Source of the DNA: Oscillospiraceae bacterium
GTDB lineage: Bacteria > Bacillota > Clostridia > Oscillospirales > Oscillospiraceae
DNA length: 64,000 nt
Direction of reading: 5' to 3'
Assembly: GCA_045628925.1 (NCBI GenBank)
Contig: JAZQQF010000197.1
Span: 758-64,757, forward strand
Shown here: positions 46,462-56,036 of the stretch, piece after piece
Numbering within the stretch: the first letter of the stretch is position 1
How the letters are laid out: each line of letters opens with the position of its first letter
Made by a program: the position numbers and the translations under genes
Notes under the pieces: generated by a model
What the model saw: only the letters and a program-made list of their open reading frames with translations
The model's database searches: none
What the model was told of the DNA's origin: nothing

Positions 46462-46636
46462 GAGGCGCCTCCTGTTCGCTTCGGAGCCGGTGCGGCTCCT
46501 GTTTTTCGGCAGTATATCATAAATCGCGCCGGAATGGGAGAAAATCGCGGATAAATGCCGGATTTTTTGAAGCTGCCTGTTCTTTCCGCCGGCCCGGTCG
46601 GACGTTTCGACAGAATTCGATTTTTAGCGCGTAATG

Positions 46637-46665
46637 TTGACAAATTCGAGATGAGCTTGTATAAT
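46637..46665 (+). promoter_or_regulatory. consensus sigma-A promoter (TTGACA-17-TATAAT) at the head of the lipid cluster
   Basis: ttgaca at 46637-46642, exactly 17 nt of spacer, tataat at 46660-46665. It sits in an AT-rich stretch ~140 nt upstream of the ATG at 46805. Confidence 0.6.
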
Positions 46666-46804
46666 TACAGTTAAATAGTGCAATAAAGTGCGAAGCGCCG
46701 GAGAATATACTTTCCGGAGTGCGGCTTTCGGGCCGCAGCGGATAAAGGAAACCGGGAAACGCAGAGAAACCGATAGAAATTCGTTAGATGGGATACAGGC
46801 AGAT

Positions 46805-48754
46805 ATGAAGATCGAGACCCTGGGACCGTATAAAACACTGAATTCGTTTGTGTCGGCCAAGATAAACCGGTTCAATTCCGCGGAGCACAGTTTCCGCGCC
46901 ATGTTTGAACTGATGTTTTCCGAGAAGGAAAACGTGATCTATGAAAAGAGCAGCGGGTATCAGATCGAGTATACGAAATACGGCGAAGCCTGCGATCAGA
47001 CAAGCGAATGCGCGGCGCATCTTCGATTCCTGCTGAAACGTCTCCCGGATGATTCCATCGTCGGATTGTATATGAAAAATGACATCAGCTGGATCATTGC
47101 ATTCTGGGCGATCCTGAAAAGCGGGCACAGGCCGCTTCTGCTGAATACAAGACTGGGCGACGATATCATCAATCTGGTCATGCGCAATGCCGGCGCATCC
47201 GCAGTGATCACGGACGGAAAGACGTTCCCCGAGTTTGAGACCATTCCGTATGCGGATATCCGGCTGTCCGATCGCTGCGAACAGGCAGCGGAGCAGTTCG
47301 GTTCCGAGGTGCTTGTGATGTCCTCCGGCACGACAGCGCTCCCGAAGATCTGCGCATATTCCGCCGAGGAATTCTATTACCAGATCAACGACAGTTTTCA
47401 TATTATCTGTGAATGCAGACAGATCAAGAAACACTATGACGGTCAGCTGAAACTGCTGACATTTTTGCCGTTTTATCATGTTTTCGGGCTGATCGCCGTA
47501 TATATCTGGTTCGCGTTTTTTTCCAGAACGTTTGTCCATCTGAGCGATCTCGCACCGCAGACGATCATCAACACCATCCGGCGGCACAAGGTGACACATA
47601 TTTTCGCCGTTCCGATGTTCTGGAATGAAGTATATAAACAATCCGTAAAGACGATCAAAGGCCGCGGGGAGGAGACGTATCACCGGTTTTTGAAGGGCAT
47701 GGACATCGCGGAAAAGCTCCAGCTGGTACCCGTGCTGGGTTCCGCGTTTATCCGTCTGGCATTCCGGGAGGTCCGGGAGAACCTGTTCGGGGACAGCATC
47801 TGTTTTCTGATCACCGGCGGAAGCGAGATCCAGAGCGAGGTCCTTTCCTTTTTCAACCTGATCGGCTACCATCTTGCAAACGGATACGGCATGACGGAGA
47901 TCGGCATCACATCCGTTGAACTCAGCACGAAAAGAAATCTGCGGAACGCGGGCTATGTGGGAAAACCGTTCTCCTCCATCGAGTATCGGATCTCACCGGA
48001 CGGCTGCCTTCAGGTGAGCGGCAGGTCGACCGCCAGATATATCATGGAGGGCGAGAGAAAGAAAGCGCGTGACGAATGGTTTGACACGGGCGATATTGCG
48101 GAATGTGTCAACGGGCATTATCGGATCCTTGGCCGCAGAGATGACGTTGTGATATCCGAAAGCGGAGAAAACCTGAATCCGTTCCTGATCGAGCCGCTGC
48201 TTGCGGACGATCCGAATTATCAGATCTGCCTCATCGGGCACACGGAAAACAGACAGATCGTGCCGACGCTGCTTGTGTTTGCGGGCCGTCACGTGAGTGC
48301 GGAGAAGTACAGAAACGTCCGCCGGAATATCGAAAAGAAACTGCAGGACAACAGATTATCGACCCGGATCTCGAATATCGTATTTGTGCAGGAACCGCTG
48401 ATATCGCCGGATGACATCAAGATCAACCGTGCCCGGCTGAGAAAGCAGTATGATGAAAACGCGCTCAGCCTCCTGAATCCCGAACGGATCACAGACCGGG
48501 GCGCGGAGGACGATCCGGTCTATAACTATGTCAGAGAGCTGTTTGCCGCTGCGTTCGGCAAACCGGCAGGCGAATTCGGACCGGACACGGATTTCTTCCT
48601 GGATGAAGGCGGCAGCAGTCTGGACTATTTCGCGCTCATCTCCAAGATCCAGGAGGATCATGATATCCGATTCCCCGCATCGCAGGAGAAGACGATCTCT
48701 ACCATAGCGGAACTGAGCGCGTTTATTGAGGACGAACACAATCATGTGGGTTAA
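46805..48754 (+). CDS. adenylate-forming enzyme fused to a PCP-type carrier domain (A-T didomain, NRPS-like/fatty acyl-AMP ligase-like)
   Basis: AMP-binding motifs LVMSSGTTALPK, GYGMTE and WFDTGDIA..GRRDDVVISESGENLNP. The C-terminal carrier motif is DFFLDEGGSSLDYFALI. The start at 46805 was chosen over the GTG at 46688, which would lie almost at the predicted TSS. Confidence 0.85.
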   Translation: MKIETLGPYKTLNSFVSAKINRFNSAEHSFRAMFELMFSEKENVIYEKSSGYQIEYTKYGEACDQTSECAAHLRFLLKRLPDDSIVGLYMKNDISWIIAFWAILKSGHRPLLLNTRLGDDIINLVMRNAGASAVITDGKTFPEFETIPYADIRLSDRCEQAAEQFGSEVLVMSSGTTALPKICAYSAEEFYYQINDSFHIICECRQIKKHYDGQLKLLTFLPFYHVFGLIAVYIWFAFFSRTFVHLSDLAPQTIINTIRRHKVTHIFAVPMFWNEVYKQSVKTIKGRGEETYHRFLKGMDIAEKLQLVPVLGSAFIRLAFREVRENLFGDSICFLITGGSEIQSEVLSFFNLIGYHLANGYGMTEIGITSVELSTKRNLRNAGYVGKPFSSIEYRISPDGCLQVSGRSTARYIMEGERKKARDEWFDTGDIAECVNGHYRILGRRDDVVISESGENLNPFLIEPLLADDPNYQICLIGHTENRQIVPTLLVFAGRHVSAEKYRNVRRNIEKKLQDNRLSTRISNIVFVQEPLISPDDIKINRARLRKQYDENALSLLNPERITDRGAEDDPVYNYVRELFAAAFGKPAGEFGPDTDFFLDEGGSSLDYFALISKIQEDHDIRFPASQEKTISTIAELSAFIEDEHNHVG

Positions 48755-49379
48755 ATTTGTCAACGCCTTTACAAAGATCACCGGCTGGCCGGTCCAGTTC
48801 CTCTGCTTTCGCACGAAGGTGTATTACGAAGATCCGGCGATCCAGAGGAGAAAGCTGTCGGGGCCCGCGATCATCGTATCAAATCATACTTCGGTCTTTG
48901 ACTACGCAGTCTATCTGTTCGTATTCCTTTTTCGGACCCTCCGCTTTCAGATGGCGGAGGTCCTGTTCGAGAAAAAACCGCTGGGGCTGCTGCTGAAGGG
49001 ACTCGGCGGGATCCGGGTGAACCGATACTCACATGATCTGGGGTTCGTTACAAAATCGGAGGAGATCCTTCGCGGCGGCGGCGTGGTGGGCATTTTTCCG
49101 GAAGGCCGTCTGCCTAAGCCGGAGGAAGCGCGGCCGCTGCCGTTTTCTCCCAGCGTCGCGTATCTGGCGCTGTCCACAAAAGCGCCGATCATCCCCGTCT
49201 ATACGAACGGATCCTATTTCAACCGAAAAAGAGCGCGCGTGCTGATCGGCTGCCCGATGCACGCTTCACAGTTTCTGGACCCGGATATGACGGAAAAAGA
49301 GAACCTTGCGTATGTTACGGAGCGGATCAGAGACCGCATCATCGAACTGGGGAAAAAACTGGATGAAAAAGTCAAATAA
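48744..49379 (+). CDS. PlsC/LPLAT-family acyltransferase 1
   Basis: HX4D motif NHTSVFD, plus GGIRVNR and FPEGRLP blocks. The ATG at 48744 overlaps the upstream stop by 11 nt. Confidence 0.8.
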   Translation: MWVKFVNAFTKITGWPVQFLCFRTKVYYEDPAIQRRKLSGPAIIVSNHTSVFDYAVYLFVFLFRTLRFQMAEVLFEKKPLGLLLKGLGGIRVNRYSHDLGFVTKSEEILRGGGVVGIFPEGRLPKPEEARPLPFSPSVAYLALSTKAPIIPVYTNGSYFNRKRARVLIGCPMHASQFLDPDMTEKENLAYVTERIRDRIIELGKKLDEKVK

Positions 49380-50010
49380 AAGCCGGCTGTTTTCCATGAA
49401 ATATCTCTTTCACGATTTTGTGAAGCTGACAGCCATGCTCCCGGGCCTGATCGCCTTCCGGCCGAGGATCCTGTTTGAAAATGAGGCGGCGAGAAAACCG
49501 ATCCGGAATGCGGCGCTCCTGATCGGGAATCATGCAGGTTATTTTGACCCGGTATATATGCAGTTCGCCGTCTGGTACAGACGGCATCATTTCATCTGCA
49601 CGAAGGAGTTCTTTGAAGGGAAGAAGAGATTCTTCTTCAAGAACTTTCTCTGTATTCCCATTGACCGGGACAATTTCGGCATTGATTCCTTCCGGGAGAT
49701 CGTCTCGCACCTGAAGCAGGGCGAGCTTGTGAGTATGTTTCCGGAGGGGAAGATCGAGAACGGGCTGAAATCCTTCAAATCCGGGATGATCCTGATGGCC
49801 TTGCAGAGCGGGGCGCCGATCGTGCCCATGTATATCAGGAGCCAGAAAAAATGGACGGAACGCCTGACCATGGCGATCGGCGAACCGATCGATGTCTCGA
49901 ACGGCAGCGGCGCAAGACCGAGTATGTCTCAGATCAAAGAAGCGGCGGAGAGGCTGCACCAGAAAGAGATGCAGCTGCGGGAACTATGTGAAAGGGGTAA
50001 GAAAGGATGA
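49363..50010 (+). CDS. PlsC/LPLAT-family acyltransferase 2
   Basis: HX4D motif NHAGYFD, plus CIPIDRD and FPEGKI blocks. The ATG at 49363 overlaps the upstream gene by 17 nt. Confidence 0.8.
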   Translation: MKKSNKSRLFSMKYLFHDFVKLTAMLPGLIAFRPRILFENEAARKPIRNAALLIGNHAGYFDPVYMQFAVWYRRHHFICTKEFFEGKKRFFFKNFLCIPIDRDNFGIDSFREIVSHLKQGELVSMFPEGKIENGLKSFKSGMILMALQSGAPIVPMYIRSQKKWTERLTMAIGEPIDVSNGSGARPSMSQIKEAAERLHQKEMQLRELCERGKKG

Positions 50011-51521
50011 AAACGCAATCTGCAGAAGTCTTTTCCGGATATACAGACGCCGAAACCTTTGAAAAGATCGTCAATTATCCGTCTGTGAGCGCGATGTGGG
50101 AGCATTGCATTGCGGAATACGGAGCATTGCCCGCGGTCTGCGACGGCGAAAAGACATATACTTACGAAGAAACGGAAGCTGCGGTCTCCGGATTCAGAAC
50201 GGTCCTCAGAAATGCGCATCGGGATCCCGCGAAGCGGATCGGGATCTACGCGGCGAGTTCCTTCGATTTTGTGAAAGCCTTTCTCGCGGTGACGACGCTG
50301 GGGTATACCGCGGTGATCCTTCCGACACAGCTGGACGCGGGGACCGTGTTCGGGTGCTGCATGAAGTTCAATATCGGAACGCTGGTCTATCAGCCGGAGC
50401 TGGAACAGAACACCGACATTGCGGCGCAGCGGTGCGGCGGTCTTGCACGGATACGGACGGATGAGAGCAGCGAGGCGCACACACCGCTCGTCCCCTGCGA
50501 AGCGGCGGCCCCCTGCGTCATCATGTTCACGGGCGGTACGACCGGACGGAGCAAGGGCGCGCTGCTGTCAAACGGGGCGGTGATGCAGGGCGTCGTGAAC
50601 GGCTGCTACGGATATCAGGATGTTTTTTATCAGAGATATATGCTGGTCCTTCCGCTTTCGCACGTATTCGGCCTGATCCGCAATCTGCTCACGTCTCTGT
50701 ATACCGGCAGCTCCATCTTTATCTGCCGCAACACCAAGGATATGTTCCGGGATATGGCCGCCTTCCGCCCGACCATCTGGGTGGTCGTTCCCGCGCTGGC
50801 GGAAATGGCGCTGACACTGTCCAAAAAGTTCGGCAGAAATATGCTGGGCGCGGATATGAAATACATCATCTGCGGCGCGGCTGCCGTGTCGCCGTATCTG
50901 GTGCGGGAGTATCAGGCGTTCGGCATTTCCCTGTTTCCCGGATACGGTCTGACGGAATCCGCGAATCTCGTTTCCGGCAACCCGGAATCGTCGCGGAAGC
51001 CGGATTCGGTGGGGATCCTGTATCCGAATCAGGAATATCAGATCGTCGACGGAGAGCTGTGGCTCCGGGGCGCGAATATGCTGGACGCCTATGTGGGAGA
51101 AGCGGAAGAAGCATATACGGACGGGTGGTTCCGCACCGGAGACCTTGCCAGAGTGGACGAAGAGGGGTATCTGTACATTACCGGGCGGATCAAGGAGATC
51201 ATCGTACTGTCCAACGGTGAGAACATCTCGCCGGCAGAGGTGGAAGCCAGATTCAACGAGCTGCCCTTTGTGCAGGATTCACAGGTGTTTGAGGATGTGA
51301 GCGAGAGCGGCACGCATTTCCTCGCGCTGGAGATCGTTCCCCGGGCGACGGAACTGAAGAAGATCCAGACGGAGGACCCGCAGGGGTATATGATGGCGGA
51401 GCTGGAAAAGGTCAATCGGCAGCTTCCGGGCTATGAACGCGTCAACAGGATCGTGATCCGGGATTCGGATTTTGACAGAACACCAAGTATGAAGATTGTG
51501 AGATATCAGAAATGCAACTGA
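50007..51521 (+). CDS. AMP-dependent synthetase/ligase (acyl-CoA or acyl-carrier-protein ligase)
   Basis: Motifs FTGGTTGRSKGA, GYGLTES and WFRTGDLA..GRIKEIIVLSNGENISP, with a terminal Lys region SMKIVR. ATGA start/stop overlap at 50007. Confidence 0.9.
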   Translation: MKTQSAEVFSGYTDAETFEKIVNYPSVSAMWEHCIAEYGALPAVCDGEKTYTYEETEAAVSGFRTVLRNAHRDPAKRIGIYAASSFDFVKAFLAVTTLGYTAVILPTQLDAGTVFGCCMKFNIGTLVYQPELEQNTDIAAQRCGGLARIRTDESSEAHTPLVPCEAAAPCVIMFTGGTTGRSKGALLSNGAVMQGVVNGCYGYQDVFYQRYMLVLPLSHVFGLIRNLLTSLYTGSSIFICRNTKDMFRDMAAFRPTIWVVVPALAEMALTLSKKFGRNMLGADMKYIICGAAAVSPYLVREYQAFGISLFPGYGLTESANLVSGNPESSRKPDSVGILYPNQEYQIVDGELWLRGANMLDAYVGEAEEAYTDGWFRTGDLARVDEEGYLYITGRIKEIIVLSNGENISPAEVEARFNELPFVQDSQVFEDVSESGTHFLALEIVPRATELKKIQTEDPQGYMMAELEKVNRQLPGYERVNRIVIRDSDFDRTPSMKIVRYQKCN

Positions 51522-51769
51522 ACAGAATTGAAATATTCGAACGGCTGAAGGACATCCTTCTGCTTTCGGATGATCAGAATCAGGCGGCGATCGCGGCCTG
51601 CAGCGAAGACAGCGGGCTGATCACGGATCTGGGCCTGTCCTCTGTCGGAATGCTGTATGTCGTCATTGCCGCGGAAGAGACATTCGACATCCGCTTTGAA
51701 AATGTCGGCATGGCAGATTTTGAAACGGTGAAAGACGTGATCGATTACATAGAGGCAAGACTGAAATGA
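51512..51769 (+). CDS. acyl carrier protein (stand-alone, 85 aa)
   Basis: ACP-type attachment motif DLGLSSVGMLYVV and helix III EETFDIRF. It overlaps the ligase gene by 10 nt. Confidence 0.8.
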   Translation: MQLNRIEIFERLKDILLLSDDQNQAAIAACSEDSGLITDLGLSSVGMLYVVIAAEETFDIRFENVGMADFETVKDVIDYIEARLK

Positions 51770-52812
51770 AGTGGTGGCCGGACGTATGCTGCCCGGGCGA
51801 TATGGTCAGAGCCAGCATCGGCTCGGTGAAACACTACGGTGTTTTCATCAGCGAACAGGAGATCATCCAGTTCGGCCCTCCGCCGATCGCACGGACCGCG
51901 ATCGATGACAGCAGCATCTGCGTCTGCGCTGCGACAGCGGAAGCGTTTTCCTGCGGGTATATCATCGAAAAGGCGATCCTGGATAAAAGCGAGAAGCGCA
52001 GACGTCTGCCCCCGCAGAAAACGATCGAGATCGCACGTTCGCGCATGGGAGAGACCGGGTATAATCTGCTCCATAATAACTGCGAACACTTCGCCTATGA
52101 GTGCGTGTTCGGCATCAAAAAAAGCACGCAGGAGGACGAGGCCCGGGAACGGTGGAACAGCCGGCCGGTCATGGACGTATATCTGGCGCCGCTTCCGGAC
52201 GAGGTGGCGGATCAGCACTTCCTGTGCAAGGAGCGGGAGGAGGAGATCCGGAACACCGCAAATGAGAAGCTGAGGATGTGCCGGCTTTTTGACTGGCAGG
52301 TCCTGCTGTATGCGGCAAACCGCTCGTTCGGGCTGAAAGAAAGCGATCTCACGTTTCAGAAAACGTCCGCCGGGAAATGGAAGTGCGACCGGTTCTGGTT
52401 TTCCCTGTCGCATACGGACGGCGCCGTCCTTGTGGGGGTGTCCAACGAAAAGATCGGCGTGGATATCGAGAACACGGCTTCATGGGAACGGAAACCGTAT
52501 GCGGATCCCGCTACCGAAAAAAAGCTGCGCAGGAGGATCTGCACTTCCGGGGAGGCGGCCTCCGGGGAGCCGGACCTCATGCACCTCTGGACGCTGAAGG
52601 AAAGCATCTTCAAATGCTATGGCCGCTCGTTTATTCCGACGAGGATCGACACGGATAAATACCGCGCAGAGACCTTTCAGATCTCGGCGTTCCCTGAAAT
52701 GCTGATGGCGGTGTGCGGTGAGCAGCTGGATCATGTCCGGTTCTATCAGTTTGACGATGGTCATGCGCGATCCGTCCATTCGGAAATGATCAGAAACGGA
52801 AAGCGCCAATGA
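51766..52812 (+). CDS. fusion protein: LRAT/PLAAT-like (NlpC/P60 superfamily) acyltransferase domain + Sfp-type 4'-phosphopantetheinyl transferase
   Basis: The N-terminal half has KHYGVFIS (His box) and LLHNNCEHFAYECVFG (the NCEHF catalytic Cys motif of LRAT/H-RAS-like suppressor enzymes). The C-terminal half has FSLSHTDG, IGVDIEN and LWTLKESIFKCYG (PPTase motifs). ATGA overlap at 51766. Confidence 0.8.
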   Translation: MKWWPDVCCPGDMVRASIGSVKHYGVFISEQEIIQFGPPPIARTAIDDSSICVCAATAEAFSCGYIIEKAILDKSEKRRRLPPQKTIEIARSRMGETGYNLLHNNCEHFAYECVFGIKKSTQEDEARERWNSRPVMDVYLAPLPDEVADQHFLCKEREEEIRNTANEKLRMCRLFDWQVLLYAANRSFGLKESDLTFQKTSAGKWKCDRFWFSLSHTDGAVLVGVSNEKIGVDIENTASWERKPYADPATEKKLRRRICTSGEAASGEPDLMHLWTLKESIFKCYGRSFIPTRIDTDKYRAETFQISAFPEMLMAVCGEQLDHVRFYQFDDGHARSVHSEMIRNGKRQ

Positions 52813-53732
52813 CATGGATCTATTGTCTGCTGATCGCTGTATCGGCGTATGTCATCTTTATTGCGGCTCCCGCACTCGTTGCATATCGCTCGGTCTTCTG
52901 CCGGAAGACCGGAGTCCCGTTTGTCGATCGCGACCTGAAGAATTCCTGTCTGGCGCCATATGAGAAACGGATCGCAGCGGATTTCGACTTTTTCCGGCGG
53001 CACGAAAAAGAAAGCGTGTCGATATGCGCGGACGATGGGGTGAAGCTGGTCGGAAGCTATTATTCCGAAGGGAACCGTCGGCTGGCGATCTGCATACACG
53101 GCTATAACTCCACGCCGCTGAACTGCTTCGCGTCATTGGGGCGGTTCCTGCTTTCAGCCGGATACGATGTTCTGATGCCCGACCAGCGGGCGCACGGAGA
53201 AAGCGGCGGGAAACATTCCACGCTCGGACTTACCGAGCAATATGACGTGCTTTCGTGGATCGGCTGGGCAGACGGCCTTGCGGAAGTGGAGGAGGTCATC
53301 CTGGTCGGGGTGTCCATGGGCTGCGCGTCAGTCGCCTATGCTTCCGATAAGATCAGAAGCCCGAAGGTGAAGGGGATGATCCTGGACTGCGGTTTTGCTT
53401 CGCCCTACGAGCAGATCAAAACCGATTGTCAGGCGCGCCACGTCCCGTATCCGCTGATCCTGCCGCTCATCAGAGATCACGCGAAACGCAGGCTGAAGAT
53501 CGATATTTCGCAGCAGGTGGGTACCTCTCTGGAGCATACGGCGATCCCTGCGCTGTTCATGCACGGGGGAAAGGATACGACAGTCGATCTTCGGGTGACG
53601 GAGGAGCACTACAGACGCTGCAGCTCGAAAAAAGAATTCTATTTTGCGGAAAACGGGTTCCACGCCAATGCATTTATGACCGGCGGCAAAGAGGCTGAGG
53701 CTGCGGTCTCTTCCTTCCTTGCATCAATATAA
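52809..53732 (+). CDS. membrane-anchored alpha/beta hydrolase 1
   Basis: N-terminal TM segment (WIYCLLIAVSAYVIFIAAPALVAY), nucleophile elbow GVSMG, acid HGGKDTTV and His GFHAN. ATGA overlap at 52809. Confidence 0.8.
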   Translation: MTWIYCLLIAVSAYVIFIAAPALVAYRSVFCRKTGVPFVDRDLKNSCLAPYEKRIAADFDFFRRHEKESVSICADDGVKLVGSYYSEGNRRLAICIHGYNSTPLNCFASLGRFLLSAGYDVLMPDQRAHGESGGKHSTLGLTEQYDVLSWIGWADGLAEVEEVILVGVSMGCASVAYASDKIRSPKVKGMILDCGFASPYEQIKTDCQARHVPYPLILPLIRDHAKRRLKIDISQQVGTSLEHTAIPALFMHGGKDTTVDLRVTEEHYRRCSSKKEFYFAENGFHANAFMTGGKEAEAAVSSFLASI

Positions 53733-53745
53733 TGGAGGCGAGTTT

Positions 53746-54681
53746 ATGCAGAGCTTTGTCATTTTAGCGGATTCGACCTGCGACCTGCCGGGTGAGTTTC
53801 AGGAAAAGTATGAGATCGTCGTGATCCCGGGGCACCTGATCTTTCCGGATAAACGGGACATTCCGGCTTTCCTGTCCTGGGATACCTGCTCCAGAGAAGA
53901 CTTCTATGCGGAGCTGAAAAGCGACCCGAACGGGTTTTCAACGTCGCCGCCCAATATCGCCGAGTATTATCAGGCATTCATGCGGTATGTATCCGAAGGA
54001 TATCCCGTTTTGTGCCTGACGATCTCCAGCGGGATCAGCGGCGCCTATAACTTTGCCTCGGCAGCAAAAAAACAGGTGCTGGAGCACGAGCCGTCCGCCA
54101 GGATCGAGGTCATCGACACGCTGCGCTTCGGACCGGCGATCGGCCTGATGGCGGTCCACGCTGCGATGCTGCGGGAGAGCGGCCGGAGCATGGACGAGAC
54201 AGCGCGGTATCTGGAAGAGAATAAAAACCGTTTTCATCAGGCAGGCTGGCTGGATGATCTGTCCTTTGTCGCCAAAAAGGGGAGACTGACCCACGCGAAG
54301 GCGTTTCTGGGCACGCTGGCCGGCGTGAAGCCCATCGGCGAATTTGACTACAACGGGCTGACAACGGTCATCGGGAAAGCGAAGGGGGCGAAAGCCGCCT
54401 ACGCAGCACTGCTGACCTATATCCGGAAGACCATTCAGGATCCGTCTGAGCAGATCATTTTCATCGCGCAGACGAATCGCCTCGAACAGGCAAAGGAATA
54501 TCAGCGGATGATCGAAGCGGAGATCAGGCCGAAGGCCGTCTTCATCCACGATGTGTATCCTTCCTGCGGCATCAATATCGGACCGGGGCTGATGGCGGCT
54601 TATTATATGGGAACTCCGATCTCGAGCGACCTCGCGGAAGAGCGCGGGATCCTGGAGCTTGCACTGAATGGGGAGAAATAA
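53746..54681 (+). CDS. DegV family fatty-acid-binding protein (FakB-like)
   Basis: The ATG at 53746 has GGAGG 7 nt upstream. The N-terminus FVILADSTCDLP and the SSGISG(A)Y motif are DegV hallmarks. Confidence 0.9.
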   Translation: MQSFVILADSTCDLPGEFQEKYEIVVIPGHLIFPDKRDIPAFLSWDTCSREDFYAELKSDPNGFSTSPPNIAEYYQAFMRYVSEGYPVLCLTISSGISGAYNFASAAKKQVLEHEPSARIEVIDTLRFGPAIGLMAVHAAMLRESGRSMDETARYLEENKNRFHQAGWLDDLSFVAKKGRLTHAKAFLGTLAGVKPIGEFDYNGLTTVIGKAKGAKAAYAALLTYIRKTIQDPSEQIIFIAQTNRLEQAKEYQRMIEAEIRPKAVFIHDVYPSCGINIGPGLMAAYYMGTPISSDLAEERGILELALNGEK

Positions 54682-54684
54682 GAA

Positions 54685-56028
54685 ATGAAACAGATCAAAG
54701 GAAAAGCCGGTATCATCCTGTACGCCCTGTCCGGTATGGGCATCAATATGCTGAATATCATGATGGGGTCCTATCTGTGCAGCGCGCTCCTCATCGGCGG
54801 CTTCGGAAAGGACGTCATTCCGTTCCAGACCTATGCCCAGAGGGATCTGATCGTTCCGGCTGTCTGGGCAGTGTTCTCTCTGGCCGCCAAGATCCTTGAC
54901 GGCATTATCGACATTCCGATGGCCTCTTTTTCCGATCAGCTGAAGACCCGCTGGGGACGTCGGCGTCCGTCCATCCTGATCGGTATGGTCATGACGATCG
55001 TTTCGTATCTGCTGTTCCTTGTGATCCCCGATAAGGGCGGCGTGTCCATCCTGAATACGGTTTACTACGGGATCGTTCTCTGCCTCTTCTATGCGTTTTA
55101 TACGCTGACCATGGTCTCTTTTTATGCCACCTTTACGGAGATCGTTGAGACGACGGAAGACCGCAATCTCCTGTCAAATGCGAAGTCTTTCTTTGATGTC
55201 GTGTATTTCGTCCTGGGTTATGTCGTGGTCAGAATGCTTCTGAACGGGCTCAACGTCCGCACGGTCGCGCTGCTGGTCCTGCCCATTGCCCTCACGATGC
55301 TGATCCCGCTCTTCATGATCAAGGAGAAGTCTACCAAAGAGGGCGCGGAGAGAACGACGGAAACGGTCCATCTGGTGCAGTCGCTGTGCCTGACGTTTAA
55401 GAACAAAAAGTTTATCGTCTGGATGATCACGTATGCGTTTATGACGTTCGGCGTGCAGCTGTTCCTCGGCGGGATCAATGAATATTTCTCATTCGTTGGT
55501 CTGAATATGATCAAGATCATGACGACCACCTTCGCGCCGGTGCCGTTCATGCTGATCTTTTATAACCGCCTGATCAAAAAGCGCGGGTTTGGCTTTGCGT
55601 TTCGGTATGTCCTGCTGATGTATGTGATCGGAATGGTATTTCTGGGGATCGTCGGTCTGCTGGAGCCGGCGCCCGAGAAGGAATGGCTGTCGATCCTGGC
55701 GGGCCTGTGCTGTTCCGTTGCGGTCGGCGCGCTCTTCTCCGTGGCGTATTCGGTCCCTTCGCAGCTTGCCGCAGACGAAGAAAAGGAGACCGGGATCTCC
55801 AACTCCGCCATGTACTTTGCCGTTCAGGGACTCTTTTCCGGCGTGGCTTCGGGCATTGCGACCGGCGTCGTGCTGACGGCACTGAAGGGAAGCGAGACCA
55901 ATCCGACGAACGCCATGCAGTATATGACGTTTGTCGCTGCGGCGGGATGCTTTGCCGCGATCCTCTTCACGTGGCTGCTTCCCAGATCGATCATTACGAT
56001 GGGGCGTCAGGATAAAAAGCAGCATTGA
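54685..56028 (+). CDS. MFS transporter of the glycoside-pentoside-hexuronide (GPH/MFS_2) type
   Basis: 447 aa with ~12 TM segments. GPH signature LDGIIDIPMASFSDQLKTRWGRRRP. Confidence 0.85.
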   Translation: MKQIKGKAGIILYALSGMGINMLNIMMGSYLCSALLIGGFGKDVIPFQTYAQRDLIVPAVWAVFSLAAKILDGIIDIPMASFSDQLKTRWGRRRPSILIGMVMTIVSYLLFLVIPDKGGVSILNTVYYGIVLCLFYAFYTLTMVSFYATFTEIVETTEDRNLLSNAKSFFDVVYFVLGYVVVRMLLNGLNVRTVALLVLPIALTMLIPLFMIKEKSTKEGAERTTETVHLVQSLCLTFKNKKFIVWMITYAFMTFGVQLFLGGINEYFSFVGLNMIKIMTTTFAPVPFMLIFYNRLIKKRGFGFAFRYVLLMYVIGMVFLGIVGLLEPAPEKEWLSILAGLCCSVAVGALFSVAYSVPSQLAADEEKETGISNSAMYFAVQGLFSGVASGIATGVVLTALKGSETNPTNAMQYMTFVAAAGCFAAILFTWLLPRSIITMGRQDKKQH

Positions 56029-56036
56029 GGCACCCG

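Noticed and set aside
46462-46640. Mobile-element signatures (integrase, transposase, tRNA target, direct repeats) at the GC break and at the kinase truncation point (35054-35366)
   Set aside because: No ORF in the track resembles a recombinase or transposase, no tRNA-like sequence was seen, and I could not find matching direct or inverted repeats by eye. The island hypothesis therefore rests on composition and gene content only.
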